This document shows, piece after piece, positions 59,533-64,000 of a DNA stretch of 64,000 bases. The position numbers were made by a program, and so were the translations under genes. The first letter of the stretch is position 1, and each line of letters opens with the position of its first letter. Source of the DNA: an uncultured delta proteobacterium (lineage in GTDB: Bacteria; Desulfobacterota; Desulfobacteria; Desulfobacterales; SG8-13); NCBI GenBank assembly GCA_963848135.1, contig CAWKCK010000005.1, positions 62,001-126,000 of the forward strand. Direction: 5' to 3'. The notes under the pieces were generated by a model. It was given only the letters and a program-made list of their open reading frames with translations, was not told where the DNA came from and did no database searches.

Positions 59533-60561
59533 TGTGTGATTCATAGACATCGTTTCAATTGAATGTTATGAATCTTGCACTATGGAATCCAATATCAAAG
59601 CCAGGCTCATATGGGTGAAGCTTTACGAGCAAACAGGTAATGCAGGGTTAGTTTGTAGACGCTGTGGAATTTCCAGGCCAACACTCAGGAAGTGGCATAG
59701 ACGTTACAGTGAGCAAGGAATTGACGGTTTACAAGACCAAAGTCGCAAGCCTAACCATAGCCCTAATAAAAAGATCACAGATCAACATGAGAACATTATT
59801 CTTGATCTTAGAATAAAGCGGAAGTTGGGAGCCAGGCGTATTCAAAATGAGTTGCTTCGACACCACCAAATAGCTTTCTCTCTTGCAACAATACATAAAG
59901 TTCTTACACGCAATAACGCTGGGCCACTAAAGCGATTACGACGCAAAAAAGTATATAAACGCTACCAGAGGCCGATCCCAGGTGACAGAGTACAAATTGA
60001 CACCATGAAAGTCGCACCCGGGATATATCAGTATACTGCGATTGATGATTGTACCAGTTACCGAGTATTAGGCCTCTATAAACGCCGTACAGCTGCAAAT
60101 ACGCTTGTTTTTATCGAGCGGGTTATGGAGGAGATGCCGTTTCCAATCCAGCGTTTTCAAACAGATCGGGGTGGTGAATTTTTTGCAATAAAAGTTCAAA
60201 AATATTTGTTGAAACAATCCATAAAATTCAGGCCCATCAAGCCAGCAAGCCCCCACTTAAACGGTAAGGTCGAAAGGTCACAAAAGACAGACATTGACGA
60301 ATTTTATTCAATTGTTGATCTTAAAGCATCAGACTTAGATCGACAATTGGAGGAATGGCAATTTTTCTATAATTGGCACCGTCCACACAGTTCCTTAAAG
60401 GGGGCTTCGCCTATAGATAAAATATGTGATCTGGTGGAGAAAACTCCTTATTGGGATGAAGTCTATGATAATTTTGATTCAAACAAAGAAGGCATTCAGG
60501 AACAAAATTACCGTTTGGAAATGAAGTTAAAACAGTTGAAACGATGTCTATGAATCACACA
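59533..60561 (+). mobile_element. IS481-family element
   Basis: 26-bp perfect TIR TGTGTGATTCATAGACATCGTTTCAA; direct repeat CGTCAAT on both flanks. Confidence 0.95.
59582..60553 (+). CDS. IS481-family transposase
   Basis: HTH; QID, QTDRGGEF, NGKVER, YNWHRPHSSL. Confidence 0.95.
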   Translation: MESNIKARLIWVKLYEQTGNAGLVCRRCGISRPTLRKWHRRYSEQGIDGLQDQSRKPNHSPNKKITDQHENIILDLRIKRKLGARRIQNELLRHHQIAFSLATIHKVLTRNNAGPLKRLRRKKVYKRYQRPIPGDRVQIDTMKVAPGIYQYTAIDDCTSYRVLGLYKRRTAANTLVFIERVMEEMPFPIQRFQTDRGGEFFAIKVQKYLLKQSIKFRPIKPASPHLNGKVERSQKTDIDEFYSIVDLKASDLDRQLEEWQFFYNWHRPHSSLKGASPIDKICDLVEKTPYWDEVYDNFDSNKEGIQEQNYRLEMKLKQLKRCL

Positions 60562-60924
60562 CGTCAATGCATACGCAAGCGCCTTCTCGTACATACCGAA
60601 CTCTTGAAGCTTCACCCAGTTATCAACCATAAACGGTATCTGATACGTGAACCCGCATTCCATCATAGCGAACATAATGTCACCTGCCTCTATAGCCTCA
60701 AGTAAAGTTATTCGGTGATGATCAACCGTTAAATGAGGACGAAACTTTTGCCAGAATCTAAGTTTGACGGGATCTTCTAACGGTATTGCGCTGTAGTCCC
60801 ATCCCATTTATTACTTTGCCTCTCAATTCAAATTTGGATCGCTTGCCATCTCTCGATCGTTTACTAGTACATAGCAGTTGAAAAAGAATAGCACCATGTT
60901 TGTAAGTTAAAAACACCTCATCAA

Positions 60925-61182
60925 TCAGCGTTGCGATTTTTCCTGCTGTTGCTTCACCACCGGCGGTGGATCACAAATGTAGCAACACCAACGCCCGATT
61001 TCTGGTTTCCGCCAAAAACCCTCTTCACCCTTCCCTACCGGCAGTTCTTTCTTGCCTGCACATTCATATATCCCTGACCCGATTTTTTTCAGCCAGGGAA
61101 CCTGGGCAACCCGTCGTCTGCGGTCAAAATTCCAAATTACATTTCGCATTTCAGGTGAAATCGGATCTGCAGTTCCGGTCAT
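60925..61182 (-). CDS. Hypothetical protein
   Basis: GAAGG RBS-like sequence; 85-aa ORF with C..CYIC. Confidence 0.4.
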   Translation of the reverse strand: MTGTADPISPEMRNVIWNFDRRRRVAQVPWLKKIGSGIYECAGKKELPVGKGEEGFWRKPEIGRWCCYICDPPPVVKQQQEKSQR

Positions 61183-61241
61183 TCCATCAGCCCGACCTTC
61201 CGGCTCTCAAAATCAACGTTAATCTTCTTAAGAGTCTCTTT

Positions 61242-61754
61242 TTATCTGTGGATAATTTTTCTAAAACAAGCGAACAGCAGAAACATCGCATTGCATACTA
61301 AAATAACGTTTGCATATTGATTTATGGTTTCCTCTTTTCCTTTAACAAGATTACGAACATCTTCATATGGCACTAAAACTTTATTTTCATGTATCAATTC
61401 CCAAATATAATATTGTTTCCCAGTTAAAAGTTCCCCCCTATTCAACTTATTCCTTTCGGCGAGCACCTCGACTCGGTCCTCCAAATGGATGCGCTTCATA
61501 CCTGGCCATACTTTACCGTAATAGGACGAATAATGGTGTGTTCCGCGCTCTGATTCGATTTTGAAGTAAGTCGACTTACCTTGACCACCAAGTTTCAGTT
61601 TTTTGACAACGCCATTTACAAATATCAAATTATTTTTTGAAGGGTGCTGAGCCCCATAAAGAAAGATCCCCTTGGCGGCCAGTGCAAAAATAAAAATATA
61701 TCCTGCCGTCGATAACAGTGTCGGTTTTTTGAAACGATTTACGATAAACTTCAT
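61242..61754 (-). CDS. Membrane protein with two TM segments
   Basis: N- and C-terminal hydrophobic helices. Confidence 0.7.
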   Translation of the reverse strand: MKFIVNRFKKPTLLSTAGYIFIFALAAKGIFLYGAQHPSKNNLIFVNGVVKKLKLGGQGKSTYFKIESERGTHHYSSYYGKVWPGMKRIHLEDRVEVLAERNKLNRGELLTGKQYYIWELIHENKVLVPYEDVRNLVKGKEETINQYANVILVCNAMFLLFACFRKIIHR

Positions 61755-61845
61755 GAAATGAGATTTCCCAATGAATCCAATCCCCTACATCTCGTATTTT
61801 TTAACGTGCTGTTGAACTTGCAAATCAAGCCAATTGAATCTGATA

Positions 61846-62151
61846 ATGAATATCATTAGGAGTACGGCGATTTTGTTGACACAATTACCATTGATCCTTT
61901 TCTGGGGCGCGAAATTTGACATGCTTTTCGGTTTCAACCGCATGGATTCAGAGTTTGCAGTATTACTCTTGTTTTTTGTATCGGTTCCTATTCTTAACAT
62001 GTGTGGGCTTATCGCAGAAATAATTCAATCAATTAAGTTATAAGGTCGCCTTAAAATAACAGCAAACATTTCGAAACCGATTATTGCACTTTTCTATTTA
62101 TTTGAGTCCATTGCCGTGGACCTCTATATTGCATCACACGCGAAAACTTGA
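61846..62151 (+). pseudogene. Small membrane protein gene with internal TAA
   Basis: Frame continues after TAA 62041-62043 into another hydrophobic helix (PIIALFYLFESIAV). Confidence 0.4.
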
Positions 62152-62327
62152 CTTGATTCATTATCGTTTTAAGCCAACAGCAATGCGACGATTCAGGCTT
62201 CCGACAGACGAATCCACAGGAATATGAAAAAAACTGGCAAGTTTTCCTTCGGTAATCAAAACATTAGCTTTTAAATGAGGTTCTTCTCCGGTTTAGTTGA
62301 ATTTCCCCCGAATCAGTAGACACCGAG

Positions 62328-63191
62328 TTAAGCCGCAAGGGAGAAAGTTTCGTATTCCTGTGGCGTTGCATATCCGAGTGCAGAGTGACGCCTTTTTCGG
62401 TTGTAGAAGATTTCTATGTAATAGAACAGGCTGTGGGTTGCTTGTGACCTGCTGAGGTACCGGTGATGGTTCACCCATTCGGTTTTGAGCAGACGAAAGA
62501 AGCTTTCCGCAACAGCGTTGTCATAACAGTTTCCCTTGCGGCTCATACTGCAAGTAATGCCATGCTTGGAAAGGATTTTCTGATAATCGCCGGAAGCGTA
62601 CTGACTGCCCCGATCCGAGTGGTGAATCAAGCCCTTTGCAGGAGTTCGACGGCCAAGCGCCATCTGCAGTGCATCAATCGCCAGTTGGCGGGTCATCCGG
62701 GATGAGGTTGCCCAACCGACGATCTCGCGGTTGAACAGATCGAGTAGCACGGCCAGATACATCCATCCTTTCTCGGTATGGATGTAGGTGATATCGCCAA
62801 CCCAAGTACGATCAGGAGCATCAACAGTGAAATCCTGGTTCAGCAGGTTTGGCGCTACCGGCAGGTTGTGCCGGGAGTTGGTCGTCGCTTTGAATTTCTT
62901 TTTGGCCCGAGACCGGATACCGGCTTCACGCATGATTCGGGCGACACGGTTTTTACCGCATCGCACGCCATCATCGATAAGATCCCGGTGAATCTTGGGT
63001 GATCCATAGATGCCGTGACTGGCGGCATGAAAGACGCGGATTTTGTCCTCCAGAGTCCGGTTTTCAAGACTTCGACGGCTCTCTGGACGCTCCAGCCAGG
63101 CATAATAACCGGAGCGGGAGACTTTGAGTAGCGTGCACATGCGGCCTACCTTGAACGTCTCCCGGTGAGCAGATATGAATCGAAATTTCAT
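62328..63191 (-). CDS. IS3 OrfB (DDE)
   Basis: WVGDITYI, HSDRGSQY, DNAVAESFF. Confidence 0.95.
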   Translation of the reverse strand: MKFRFISAHRETFKVGRMCTLLKVSRSGYYAWLERPESRRSLENRTLEDKIRVFHAASHGIYGSPKIHRDLIDDGVRCGKNRVARIMREAGIRSRAKKKFKATTNSRHNLPVAPNLLNQDFTVDAPDRTWVGDITYIHTEKGWMYLAVLLDLFNREIVGWATSSRMTRQLAIDALQMALGRRTPAKGLIHHSDRGSQYASGDYQKILSKHGITCSMSRKGNCYDNAVAESFFRLLKTEWVNHHRYLSRSQATHSLFYYIEIFYNRKRRHSALGYATPQEYETFSLAA

Positions 63192-63487
63192 TTCTGATCC
63201 TCCGCAAAGTAGGCCAGTGCTTTTTTTAAGATATCACGCTCTTCGGTAACACGCTCCAATTTACGCTGGAGTTGCCGTAGTTCCTGATCGGCAGTTTTAA
63301 GTTGTCCCTTACCGGGAAATGCGTTTTGGGGGTCATCCGCCAACTGATTTTTCCAGCGGCGCAGGATGCTGTAATCGATGCCCAGATTCCGGGAGGCTTC
63401 GGCGATGCTGTATCCTTTTTCGGTGATCAGCGCCACGGCTTCCCGCTTGAATTCTCGGCTGTAAGTCTTTCTTTGTTTCTTTGACAT
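63188..63487 (-). CDS. IS3 OrfA
   Basis: YSREFKREAV HTH, ERDILKKA; ATGA overlap with OrfB. Confidence 0.95.
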   Translation of the reverse strand: MSKKQRKTYSREFKREAVALITEKGYSIAEASRNLGIDYSILRRWKNQLADDPQNAFPGKGQLKTADQELRQLQRKLERVTEERDILKKALAYFAEDQK

Positions 63488-63556
63488 TGGAACACCTCCT
63501 GTTGCCCATATACATTGGGCTTTTTGAGGTGTCCACTAAATTGGGGTAAATCCAAC

Positions 63557-64000
63557 CTGCGGCTCATTCGCAACCGCATAGCCGAGGTATGTGAAACCCA
63601 ATCGCCGTTTAAAGGCGAAATCGAAGTCGATGAATCATACTTCGGTGGTAAACGCATCAAGGGCAAACGCGGCCGCGGTGCTTTTAAGAAAACCCCTGTG
63701 TTTGGTATTTTCAAACGTGGCGGCAAAGTCTACACTGAAATCGTTCCAGATTGCGCTAAAGCCACTTTGCAAGGCATTATCAGGGGACGCGTCGACCCCG
63801 ATAGCGTTATCCATTCAGATCGCTGGCGCGGTTACAACGGACTGGTTGACCTGGGTTACAAAAAGCATTACCGCGTCAGCCATGGTACCAACCAATTTGC
63901 CAAGGGGCACAGTCACATCAATGGTATTGAATCCTTCTGGGCATATGCCAAACACCGTTTGATGAAGTTCCATGGCATTGCTGAATCGACTTTCTACCTA
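63557..64000 (+). pseudogene. 5'-truncated IS1595-family transposase
   Basis: EIEVDESYFGG..GKRGRG..IHSDRWRGY..HINGIESFW. Confidence 0.88.

Larger units (their letters stand above)
59166..60807 (-). pseudogene. ADP-ribosyltransferase-like gene split by IS481
   Basis: Removing the IS and one TSD joins the two ORFs in frame (201 aa); TLYRG, SWT, HEY motifs. Confidence 0.7.
62298..63554 (-). mobile_element. IS3-family element
   Basis: TG..CA ends; imperfect TIR TGAATTTCCCCCGAATCAGTAGACACC / TGGATTTACCCCAATTTAGTGGACACC. Confidence 0.93.
56848..64000. mobile_element. End of an integrated genomic island (continues beyond the window)
   Basis: tRNA fragment, IHF box and phased repeats, visibly AT-richer sequence, IS clustering. 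Confidence 0.8.

Overview
The window looks like a deltaproteobacterial (Desulfobacterales-like) chromosome segment; this is inferred from gene content. From 1 to about 56800 it is mostly housekeeping, redox and envelope genes (pepD, glgP, ppiB, uppP, nth, wrbA, typA, D-lactate dehydrogenase, a hybrid kinase and others). At 56800-56847 a 3' fragment of tRNA-Glu(CTC) marks the att boundary of an AT-richer integrated island. The island carries its own IHF subunit, IS481, IS3, a truncated IS1595 and an IS-split ADP-ribosyltransferase-like gene. Signals the ORF track misses: (1) two probable selenoproteins with in-frame TGA at the catalytic Cys position plus SECIS-like hairpins (MsrA GUFW; a rhodanese-rubrerythrin fusion IVYUASGGRS); (2) a c-di-GMP-I riboswitch ahead of an unknown protein with two CxH..CxxC repeats; (3) a three-gene cassette (two small Cys-rich proteins plus a Cys-free type IV pilin-like protein) present twice, once inside and once outside the island, with a conserved sigma-54-type promoter and upstream motif; (4) two families of structured miniature repeats (MITE-like) with covarying stems and nested insertions. 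All calls come from reading motifs by eye; no database search was run.
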